Shown: positions 48,194 to 55,633 of the stretch, one piece after another
Numbering within the stretch: the stretch's first letter is position 1
Layout of the letters: the number at the start of each line of letters is the position of its first letter
Notes under the pieces: model-generated
Databases searched by the model: none
Told to the model about the DNA's origin: nothing
The model's input: only the letters and a program-made list of their open reading frames with translations
Position numbers and translations under genes: made by a program
Source of the DNA: a virus
Taxonomy: Duplodnaviria; Caudoviricetes
Length of the DNA: 55,633 bases
Reading direction: 5' to 3' (one strand)
IMG/VR virus record: IMGVR_UViG_3300024239_000352
Location: 1-55,633 of that record

Positions 48194-48896
48194 CAAAGAG
48201 ATTCTTGATGGGATGCTAAAAGGCATTGTAAAAGATGCCGTCAATAGTTCTGTAAAAAATGCGCAGCTACCCACGCTTGATGAAGCCTATCGTCATGAAC
48301 CAAAACCATTCAAGCAAGTCTCAGAATTAATTTCACAGAAAACAAAAAACTCTCATACCGAATTATACAAGGGATATATCGAATCCTTTAATAAGACGTC
48401 TGCAGAGTTGGATACTGTTGAAAGAGTGGACGTCAACTCCAGGCATTCACAATTTAGATCATTAAAGCTAGATGAGGTATTCAATCTCAATGCAATTTGG
48501 CTGCATGAATTGTATTTTGCCAACTGCTTTGACCCGCATAGCGAAGTAACGATGGATTCGATGTCTTTTCTTAGAATAGAAAGAGATTTTGGATCATTTG
48601 AAGATTGGCAACGTGATTTCATGGCCTGCGCACAGTCTTGTCAAAACGGATGGGCTGTCATGGGTTATCATGCTTTCTTGAAGAAGTATATCAACGTGAT
48701 GATTGACGGACACACCGGCAACATTCCGTTAGGATTTCATCCTATCATTGTCGTTGACATGTGGGAGCATGCATACTTCAGGGATTATCTAACTGACAAG
48801 AAGAGTTATCTTATTTCGCAGATGCGTGAGTTTAATTGGTCGACGATAGAAGATCGCCTAAAGAAGGCAGAGTCTATGGCTGGGGTTCTCAAATGA
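48180..48896 (+). CDS. Fe/Mn superoxide dismutase-like protein with N-terminal extension
   Basis: H.ELYKGY; LHELYF; IERDFGSFE; GW; VDMWEHAY. Confidence 0.85.
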   Translation: MALSDKEILDGMLKGIVKDAVNSSVKNAQLPTLDEAYRHEPKPFKQVSELISQKTKNSHTELYKGYIESFNKTSAELDTVERVDVNSRHSQFRSLKLDEVFNLNAIWLHELYFANCFDPHSEVTMDSMSFLRIERDFGSFEDWQRDFMACAQSCQNGWAVMGYHAFLKKYINVMIDGHTGNIPLGFHPIIVVDMWEHAYFRDYLTDKKSYLISQMREFNWSTIEDRLKKAESMAGVLK

Positions 48897-49468
48897 CAAA
48901 GAAAATTAAACTCAATGAGCTTAAACGTTTAATAGCCTCTGAGGCAAGAAAGATAATATCAGAAGCTAAAAAATCAGAAGAAACGGGTGAGGATTCAGTC
49001 GATGCTCAGATTGACCAATATTTTGCCAATTATGAGTTAGAAGGCAAGAATTCAAAAAACGAGGGCATGGATTTTAGACGTTTTATGCGGCGTTTTTTGA
49101 ATGAGGCTGAAGAAGAGCCTGAAGAAGAGGACAAAGAAGAACCGAAAGAAGAAGAGTCTAAAGAAGAAGAACCTGAGAAGGTTGAGAAAAAGAAGTTGAC
49201 ATCAGACGATATTGATGTTGATTCGTTCGTCGATAGTGTCGTGAGACTAGTGAACAATTACGACGCTCTGCTTGAGGTAAGAAACACTATTTTACGTCGT
49301 GCTGTCAACTTTTTATTAAAGGGTTATGAACCTACCGTTGCAGATTCATTTGAAGAAAGCCTGCTTGATCGCCACGGAATGGAAATAGGAAAAAGCAAGC
49401 AAGAAAAACAGGACGAGGACTTTGTAGCACCGCCAGCTGACAGGGCAGGTGCATCACCAGGCGGATGA
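48893..49468 (+). CDS. Acidic late protein with LKRLIASE..IISE tag
   Basis: ORF; Glu-rich linker; FLNE site. Confidence 0.7.
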   Translation: MTKKIKLNELKRLIASEARKIISEAKKSEETGEDSVDAQIDQYFANYELEGKNSKNEGMDFRRFMRRFLNEAEEEPEEEDKEEPKEEESKEEEPEKVEKKKLTSDDIDVDSFVDSVVRLVNNYDALLEVRNTILRRAVNFLLKGYEPTVADSFEESLLDRHGMEIGKSKQEKQDEDFVAPPADRAGASPGG

Positions 49469-49773
49469 TGAGACCTGATATATTTGCAGATAAAAAATGT
49501 ATACATGTAAAGCTAAGTAAAGAAGTTCATTCTGCTCTTCGTGCAAAGCTTTTTAAGCACAGCATTTCAATGCAAGACTTGTTTGAGGAATGCGCTCGAT
49601 TGGTCGCAACCGAAACCGTGAAGGGACAAAACATAGTCGAAGCAATCGTTAATAGAAAGATAAAAGAGACCATTGAAGGCCTAAAGAAGAAAAAAGATAA
49701 ATCGTTAGGTGAGCTCGACGCTGACACCCTGTACAGCATGATCAATGGTGACTCTGATTCAAAGGAAGCATGA
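49465..49773 (+). CDS. Ribbon-helix-helix-like protein
   Basis: IHVKLSKEVHSALRAKLFKHSISMQDLFEE. Confidence 0.55.
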   Translation: MMRPDIFADKKCIHVKLSKEVHSALRAKLFKHSISMQDLFEECARLVATETVKGQNIVEAIVNRKIKETIEGLKKKKDKSLGELDADTLYSMINGDSDSKEA

Positions 49774-50051
49774 AAACAGACATCAGATCAATAGTAGAAA
49801 GCATTACTGAAAAGGCGTTGTCAACATCAGCGTCTTTTTTGGCCTTATGTGACGCCGTGCAGAGCATAGCATCTGAATCAAAGAAGATTGCAGAAATGCT
49901 TCTTGCAGTAAATGAAAGAGTCAACAGACACGAAAAAGCTTTGTTTGCAATGTACAGCGTGATTGAAAAAAGCAATCAGAACACGAAGAAAGACAGCATT
50001 GATTTTGCTGATCTCACAAAAGAAAAAAACGCGAGCAGAAAACCTAATTAA
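49770..50051 (+). CDS. Hypothetical coiled-coil protein
   Basis: 93-aa ORF with ATGA overlap. Confidence 0.65.
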   Translation: MKTDIRSIVESITEKALSTSASFLALCDAVQSIASESKKIAEMLLAVNERVNRHEKALFAMYSVIEKSNQNTKKDSIDFADLTKEKNASRKPN

Positions 50052-50053
50052 TC

Positions 50054-50443
50054 ATGATTAAATCAATAAAGGATTTCATAAAAAAATATTGGATGATTTT
50101 TCTTGGCTTCTTTGGAGGCTTCGGGGCATTCTTTCTTTTGAGCAGTGAAAAGAAAGAAAAGCCTGTGACAGCCAAGGGTGTCAGAGGATCAGGAAAACAA
50201 TTGTCTGACGACGTGGATGGTGCCATTTCTTCACAAAACCAACAAACGGCCGAAGAGATTAAAAAGCACCAGGCGGCGATGCAGGCATTGAATGAAAAAT
50301 ATGAAGCTTTAAAGCAAAAATTGAATGACGCTGAACAAGCAGAGTGTGATAGGATATTAAAAGACACAAAGAAAAATCCTTTAGCACTTGCTGAAGAGCT
50401 TTCAAAGATAACGGGTGCAAAGATTATTCTTCCAGAGGAATGA
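50054..50443 (+). CDS. N-terminally anchored coiled-coil membrane protein (i-spanin-like)
   Basis: WMIFLGFFGGFGAFFLL TM, then coiled coil. Confidence 0.5.
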   Translation: MIKSIKDFIKKYWMIFLGFFGGFGAFFLLSSEKKEKPVTAKGVRGSGKQLSDDVDGAISSQNQQTAEEIKKHQAAMQALNEKYEALKQKLNDAEQAECDRILKDTKKNPLALAEELSKITGAKIILPEE

Positions 50444-50946
50444 TGAAAAAGCTAATTGCAACAACTTTAATCGCTAGCATGCTGACGACTACTTCTGCTT
50501 ATTCACAGGAACAGCCTATTGAATTACCTCAAGTCGATTTGGTCGATGGTGAGGTTGATCCTGGCTCGGCAGTCTCACCTATGAAGAAGCTACAAAAAGC
50601 ACCTTTTTCTGGTGTGCTGCTGTCGCCAAAGTTGTTAGCGATCGTCTTGGCTAAACTAAAATCAATCGATGACAGAACAAAGCTCGCAGCTTCGGAGGCG
50701 ACAGAGAAGGCCAATGAAGTGTGCAGAAGCGAAAAATCTTTATCACAGATTCAAAACGACACGCAGGTCAAGATCCTAAACGCTAGAATAGCTGACAACG
50801 AAAGAATCATGACCATGTATGAAAAATCGCTTGAAGAGGAAAGGCAGTCGCAGACAGATCCGGGCGTCTGGATTGGATTGGGCGCAATTGGTGGCGCCGC
50901 CGTGACAGTTTTGACAGTTTTCGCAGTGGCGCAATCAATGAAGTAA
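50440..50946 (+). CDS. Signal-peptide coiled-coil protein with C-terminal TM (spanin-like partner?)
   Basis: MMKKLIA..SAYS signal; C-terminal WIGLGAIGGAAVTVLTVFAVA. Confidence 0.5.
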   Translation: MMKKLIATTLIASMLTTTSAYSQEQPIELPQVDLVDGEVDPGSAVSPMKKLQKAPFSGVLLSPKLLAIVLAKLKSIDDRTKLAASEATEKANEVCRSEKSLSQIQNDTQVKILNARIADNERIMTMYEKSLEEERQSQTDPGVWIGLGAIGGAAVTVLTVFAVAQSMK

Positions 50947-50987
50947 ATGTTCACCGTGGCCCATATTTAGTACACAAAGGGTCATTT

Positions 50988-51266
50988 ATGTCTGAAGAAA
51001 GCAAAGAACCTTCCATTGAATCCATTGAAAAAGTAAAGCCTTCTTGGTTCTGGATTAAAAATAGTAAAGGCGAAGCTTCTGTTTCTGTCACATTTTTGAC
51101 TATCGCTTTTCTTGCAACGACGGCATCATACGTTACGTCGATGTTTGAGAAACTTGGGCCTTTCGTCCCTAGGCAATTCGACGCAGGCGCCTGCTCTGCC
51201 TATTTTATTCCTCTTTTGACCTTATACTTCGGTCGCAGATGGACTGAAGCTAAGAAGGGAACCTGA
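50988..51266 (+). CDS. Two-TM holin-like protein
   Basis: Two hydrophobic segments; LYFGRRWTE; ATATTTA at 50963. Confidence 0.45.
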   Translation: MSEESKEPSIESIEKVKPSWFWIKNSKGEASVSVTFLTIAFLATTASYVTSMFEKLGPFVPRQFDAGACSAYFIPLLTLYFGRRWTEAKKGT

Positions 51267-51267
51267 A

Positions 51268-52299
51268 GTGCAAAACGGATCAAATAAAAGATCTGACCTA
51301 CGTATTTTGGTCAAAAGATTGCTGGAGGACAAATCTTTGGGGCAGGAATTGGCCAACATCGTAAAGGTCAACCCTGTCGTCGATCCATCGGCAGCCCTAA
51401 CCGACCCAAGTAATCCGGATTTCAAACCCGCCACCAAACCTGAGCTTTTGGCCTCATTATCGGCCATCGTCTCTGGAATCGATGACGAAAAAATACCTGA
51501 TGTGTATGACGCAATTAAACATTCAATGACCGTTGATATAGACGAAAGTGATGAGGACGTTAAGATGAGCAACAAAAAGGTTGAAGAGTCTTTAAGACAG
51601 CAAGTCAGAAAGATCATTCGTGAGTCAAATGTGAAAAGTGAAGAAATGAGGCTTGAAGAAACCGTTAGAAGCCAGGTTAGAAAAGCAATTAAGGAAATGT
51701 TTCTTTCTGAGACAGCGCCAACGACACCGCTGCAGAAGAAGCCCCGAAAAAGACTTCCTTCAGCTGCTGAACAAGAGGCAGCTGCTGAAAAGTGGCGTGC
51801 CACGGCCGAGCAGGATGCAGCCGCCCAGGCAGCATACTTAAGTGAAAAACAACCGACGATGGGTCGTCCTGGTCAAAGTGGATTACCTGTGCCTGACGAA
51901 AAGTACTTTAAATTGTCTCCTGCGGCGCGGGCTGCCCTTGACAGTTTGTTCGCCGACCCAGTCAAAATGAGCAAGAAGAATTTAACCGTGGAAGATGTCG
52001 AAGGCACGGGTTTGTTGGAGCTCGCCCGCGAGTTTGGTTTTGCCAACCCAAATGGCGTCCTTCAATGGATCAACAGGATCTTGCCAAAAATGCGTAGACG
52101 CATTGAAAACCTTGAGACGGTTGAACTCATCAAGCTAGAGACCATGAACAAATACATCGCTGGCCTCATTACAGCGAGGAAGATTTCTCCCGAGCAAGCC
52201 GCTTCGTGGCGAAATAACCCAGAGATAATCGAGGTCCTCGAGGACAATAAAGATTTTAGAATCATGTTCGACAAGGCGCTGACGAAGGCCGGCATGTGA
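51268..52299 (+). CDS. Hypothetical late protein with internal LRQQVRKIIRE tags
   Basis: ORF; tandem EESLRQQVRKIIRES and EETVRSQVRKAIKEMFLSE. Confidence 0.7.
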   Translation: MQNGSNKRSDLRILVKRLLEDKSLGQELANIVKVNPVVDPSAALTDPSNPDFKPATKPELLASLSAIVSGIDDEKIPDVYDAIKHSMTVDIDESDEDVKMSNKKVEESLRQQVRKIIRESNVKSEEMRLEETVRSQVRKAIKEMFLSETAPTTPLQKKPRKRLPSAAEQEAAAEKWRATAEQDAAAQAAYLSEKQPTMGRPGQSGLPVPDEKYFKLSPAARAALDSLFADPVKMSKKNLTVEDVEGTGLLELAREFGFANPNGVLQWINRILPKMRRRIENLETVELIKLETMNKYIAGLITARKISPEQAASWRNNPEIIEVLEDNKDFRIMFDKALTKAGM

Positions 52300-53057
52300 T
52301 GGAATCAGGCAGGTCGATAGTCGCGGCTGTTCAGTACAAGCCTGAGCTGCTCGATGTTCACAAAAACATCGCTGCGGCTCAGCAGTACGCTTTTGAAGCG
52401 GCCGGCAAAGGTGCCAAGGTTGTTGTCCTTCCTGAATTGTGTCTTAGCGGTTATGCGATCAATTCCAAAGCCGAGGCTGCGTCTGTTTCTCAGGAAAGAA
52501 ATGGATATCAGACCGAGGCATTCATTCCAATTGCAAAGAAGTTTGATTGTAAAATCGTTTTTGGCTATGTTGAGCTTCATGAAGGCAATTTTTATAACTC
52601 AGCAGCCGTTGTAGGCCCACGAGGCCTCGAGGCCAACACACAGAAACACAACCTATGGGGTCCTGATGCCCTGTGGGCTACACCATCTGAAGCGTTGAGC
52701 CCTATAGTTCCGACCTCGGCCGGACGATTGGGTGTGCTTATCTGTCGCGACGCTGTAAACAATTACAGGGAAACCTATAAATTTTACAAGAATGAGGCCA
52801 GGTTCTACAAGAAAGGCTCGGTAGACACCATCGCACTTTTGACAAACTGGGGTTCTGATTACGGTTATCCCGACAGCGGATGGATAGAGCTAGCTGAAGA
52901 GACCGGCGCTAACATCATTGTTTCAAACAGGATTGGAAAAGAAAGGGATCTAAAATTCAAAGGAGGATCGTGTGTCATAGATAGAACTCGAAAAGTCTGG
53001 ACACATGGTTCCTCTTTTAAGGAAGCTGCCGTTGTGGGAGGAGTTGTGCTGCTGTGA
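52296..53057 (+). CDS. Carbon-nitrogen hydrolase (nitrilase superfamily)
   Basis: VLPEL; YNSA; QKHNL; LICRD (E-K-C triad); SNRIG; FKGGS. Confidence 0.88.
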   Translation: MMESGRSIVAAVQYKPELLDVHKNIAAAQQYAFEAAGKGAKVVVLPELCLSGYAINSKAEAASVSQERNGYQTEAFIPIAKKFDCKIVFGYVELHEGNFYNSAAVVGPRGLEANTQKHNLWGPDALWATPSEALSPIVPTSAGRLGVLICRDAVNNYRETYKFYKNEARFYKKGSVDTIALLTNWGSDYGYPDSGWIELAEETGANIIVSNRIGKERDLKFKGGSCVIDRTRKVWTHGSSFKEAAVVGGVVLL

Positions 53058-53437
53058 AGAAGCTAAACCAGCTTCATGAAGAGTTCATCGACAAGGCCCG
53101 CCGTCCAATGGCTTTTGGCAAGCTTCCAATAATTCCTGTCGAAGGAGACGTTGCGATCATTCCCGTTGAGAAGTGGGTCACAACGAGAGATCCCATGTCG
53201 CTAAAAAAGACCTTCAAGTTCATGAAGGTGGAGCAAAGAAACTTCTTCGTCAAAAAGCTTTTTCAGTATGAGCTAGAAACCCAACACAACGCAACACTCA
53301 TCGTCGATGAAGATCAGGTTGTTGTCAAGCTTGTCACCAAAGACATAAATCAGATAACAGAGCTTGACAAAGAATATGCAAAATTTGCTGATGTCCTTTA
53401 CAAAGACGTAGTATATAATTCTCAGAATGCTACCTGA
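53054..53437 (+). CDS. Pterin-4a-carbinolamine dehydratase-like protein
   Basis: W....LKKTFKF..FV....E...HNA.L..V.L.T.D...ITELD...A...D; N-terminal QLHEE. Confidence 0.7.
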   Translation: MKKLNQLHEEFIDKARRPMAFGKLPIIPVEGDVAIIPVEKWVTTRDPMSLKKTFKFMKVEQRNFFVKKLFQYELETQHNATLIVDEDQVVVKLVTKDINQITELDKEYAKFADVLYKDVVYNSQNAT

Positions 53438-53825
53438 ATTTGATGCTCCTCCAAAGGAGCTTATGAGCACAGACCTTAAAGACGTTATCCCTGACGAAGA
53501 AGCGCTAAAAGCATACCAAGAGTCTTTTATTTCCATCATGTTGATGACGAACAGCACGTCTCAAGCTTTGATGGGAAGTCTTCTTGGAATTGAGATCTCG
53601 AATGCAACGAAGCTTGACGTCAAGATTCCTCTTGACGAAGCTTTTGCTTTTCTATCTCATGTTATATCAGCATCACAACAACAGTTTATCAATAGCATAG
53701 TTTTAAATTTTGGAGATGAAATTACAAAGGTTTCCGGACCTTTTTTGATGTCGGGCATGAAGATTGTTGAGTTAGATGCAGTCAATAAAACATGTGTGCT
53801 TGCCATGGACCTAATTAAGCAATAA
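53427..53825 (+). CDS. Hypothetical protein
   Basis: 132-aa ORF; TATAAT ending 8 nt upstream. Confidence 0.65.
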   Translation: MLPEFDAPPKELMSTDLKDVIPDEEALKAYQESFISIMLMTNSTSQALMGSLLGIEISNATKLDVKIPLDEAFAFLSHVISASQQQFINSIVLNFGDEITKVSGPFLMSGMKIVELDAVNKTCVLAMDLIKQ

Positions 53826-53837
53826 CCGAGGACAGCG

Positions 53838-54347
53838 ATGAAGAAGACAGCTAAAACAATAGATTCGTATCTGAACAACATCATTCAAGAGACTGTCAGG
53901 TCGACGCTTCGAAAGCGTCTCTTACATGAACAGGATGATGCACCCGCTATAGACCCTGCGAAGCCAGGTGAAGATGAGGAGGAAAAGCTAAAAAAGGGCG
54001 AGATAACCTCTGATGACATCATCGAAAAGCTGAATGCGATTAGGGCAGGTAAGTCTTTTAAAGATCAACAGATCTCTTCTTCATTAGAATCATACGTTAA
54101 TGAAATGAGCAAGGCTGAAAAGACAGCTCTTTTTGCCTTCTTGAAAGGAATTTCACAGATAGTCACAGGTGAAATTGCCCCTGCTCAGGCAATGGATCCG
54201 TCAGAGGACGTCGCCGGCATAGAGATGAAGAAAGTTTCAGGGGCAGAAAAGATCGTGATCAAGCCTACGATGAAAAAGCCTGGTGAGACGAAGGCTTCTA
54301 AAGAAGACACGTCAGGTCCTGTTCCAATTAAGCCTAAGTCTAAGTGA
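53838..54347 (+). CDS. Hypothetical late protein with LNNIIQE..LLHE tag
   Basis: ORF; CTAATTA at 53811; IIEKLNAIRAGKSFKD. Confidence 0.7.
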   Translation: MKKTAKTIDSYLNNIIQETVRSTLRKRLLHEQDDAPAIDPAKPGEDEEEKLKKGEITSDDIIEKLNAIRAGKSFKDQQISSSLESYVNEMSKAEKTALFAFLKGISQIVTGEIAPAQAMDPSEDVAGIEMKKVSGAEKIVIKPTMKKPGETKASKEDTSGPVPIKPKSK

Positions 54348-54381
54348 TGTAAAGTTACATAAATCGATGTAGGATGACGTC

Positions 54382-54582
54382 ATGCAGATCGAAAACCCAA
54401 TCAAAATGAACGTTGACCTTCCCAAGGGAGGCACGCTTGAGCTTGAGCTGACCGACAAGTTTTTGCAGGTCGTAAGAGATCAATTCATGTTGCAAACGAT
54501 CTCTGAGGTCAAAGAAGAGCACATACGTATGTATATTTGGGGCGCGTTCAAAAACGCCCTTGATAAAGCTGAATTAGGTTGA
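54382..54582 (+). CDS. Hypothetical protein
   Basis: 66-aa ORF; ATGTAA-N17-TAGGAT upstream. Confidence 0.6.
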   Translation: MQIENPIKMNVDLPKGGTLELELTDKFLQVVRDQFMLQTISEVKEEHIRMYIWGAFKNALDKAELG

Positions 54583-54586
54583 AGCC

Positions 54587-54865
54587 ATGTCACAAAAATC
54601 TCTTCTTGAATACGTTCAACTTTTCGTTGAACAGAAACTACGAGAAACTCAGTTAGCTGATGGCACGACAGTTGAATGGGGGTCTGACAAGCACTTGACA
54701 GAGCTCGAGCGACAGATCGCAGAAATTCAACACAAGAGACAAAAGTCTTCACGCGGTTCCTCAGCACGGGCTGACTACAAACGTGTTGAAACAAGACTGC
54801 GAGCTGAACTAAAATCGGCCAAGCGACACGCTGAGAGAAGGCTTCAAGAAAAAGAGGAAAAATGA
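54587..54865 (+). CDS. Hypothetical protein with LLEYVQLFVE..LRE tag
   Basis: 92-aa ORF. Confidence 0.65.
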   Translation: MSQKSLLEYVQLFVEQKLRETQLADGTTVEWGSDKHLTELERQIAEIQHKRQKSSRGSSARADYKRVETRLRAELKSAKRHAERRLQEKEEK

Positions 54866-55633
54866 GAGCAGCACTTGCCGAGGGCGGCGCCGTTGGTCAT
54901 TTGATGCACCTATACGACAACAGGGACATGTCGTTTCAGGAGATGAAAAGGATATTGACATCTGCGGCGACCGGCAAGCTTGAAAAGACGACTGAAAAGC
55001 TCGATGGGTTAAATCTTGTTTTTACATGGAATGCCACAGAGGGTGCCATTAGAATTGCTCGAGCGGCAGGCGACATCAAAAGAGGAGGCATGTCTGTAGA
55101 ACAGCTGGCGGCAAAATTTGCAGGAAGAGGATCGTTGCAAAAAGCATTTGATCTGGCCAGCAGAACATTACAAGGTGCCATCTCTTCACTGTCAGCACAA
55201 GACAACCAGACCATTTTTGGTGAATCGGGTCAAAAATGGTATTCGATTGAGGTCGTTTACACGGGTAATCCAAATGTCATAAACTACGATTCTAACTCGA
55301 TCGTCTTTCATGGTTGGCCTGTTTTTGAGATAGACGAGACTGGGATCGTTCAACCCTCAGATGACGCATCTGGAGTTGAAATTTTGACACGAAACATCGA
55401 TAAGATGCAGAAGGCCGTGAAGCTTCGTGATTGGAAGCTTCGAGGCCCTGCGGTCGTTACCCTCAGCAAGTTGGCTGACAAGTCTGTCCTGTCTGAGGTC
55501 TTTCAAAGAATCGATGAGGCCGTCACAGCTGCGGGTCTCGATGACTCAGCGACGGTCGGGCAGTACCTCGCTGCCATGCTTCAGTACGACATGGAGACGA
55601 TGGGAATCCCCGGTCCTTACGTCCAATGGTCAT
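54862..55633 (+). CDS. KxDG nucleotidyltransferase / RNA-ligase-like protein (3'-partial)
   Basis: Not in the ORF track. Reads MRAALAEGGAVGHLMHLYD..TEKLDGLNL..IEVVY..NVINY and appears open to the window end. Confidence 0.65.
   Translation, partial: MRAALAEGGAVGHLMHLYDNRDMSFQEMKRILTSAATGKLEKTTEKLDGLNLVFTWNATEGAIRIARAAGDIKRGGMSVEQLAAKFAGRGSLQKAFDLASRTLQGAISSLSAQDNQTIFGESGQKWYSIEVVYTGNPNVINYDSNSIVFHGWPVFEIDETGIVQPSDDASGVEILTRNIDKMQKAVKLRDWKLRGPAVVTLSKLADKSVLSEVFQRIDEAVTAAGLDDSATVGQYLAAMLQYDMETMGIPGPYVQWS

Noticed and set aside
1-55633. tRNA/rRNA genes, or a cellular or eukaryotic-virus origin
   Set aside because: No cloverleaf or rRNA-like segment was seen in the short intergenic gaps; baseplate genes, gp32/gp41-like proteins, an endolysin and SD/sigma70 signals indicate a bacteriophage.

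Overview
A 55.6-kb segment of a large, probably myovirus-type tailed (jumbo) phage genome. It uses the standard genetic code and nearly all genes are on the + strand. Layout: baseplate/tail genes (1-6.7 kb); a T4-like replication and recombination block (short PolA-like protein, gp32-like SSB, RecA/UvsX, dUTPase, 5'-3' exonuclease, DnaB-like helicase, class II RNR, ThyX, Tmk); many auxiliary genes (Hsp20, endolysin, two DNA methyltransferases, S66 peptidase, Dps, SOD-like, GMPR/IMPDH, two NDP-sugar epimerases, nitrilase, PCD-like, actin-like); and DnaE. Best candidates for undescribed biology: (1) a nucleotide-modification-like operon just upstream of dnaE, with a dNTP pyrophosphatase, an inactive copy fused to a HAD phosphatase, a second ThyX paralogue with a rewired active site, a dNMP kinase whose P-loop is broken by a 4-nt stop-containing insert, an FNR-type reductase and an NDT/hydrolase, invaded by three homing endonucleases; (2) a volactin-like actin with a putative membrane partner; (3) a dispersed set of late genes sharing an ATAHTTA upstream motif and an amphipathic 'L..LI.EE / LxE' peptide tag, including several enzymes, which may be capsid cargo. 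No tRNA, rRNA or CRISPR array was recognised. All family calls come from motif recognition by eye; no database search was run.
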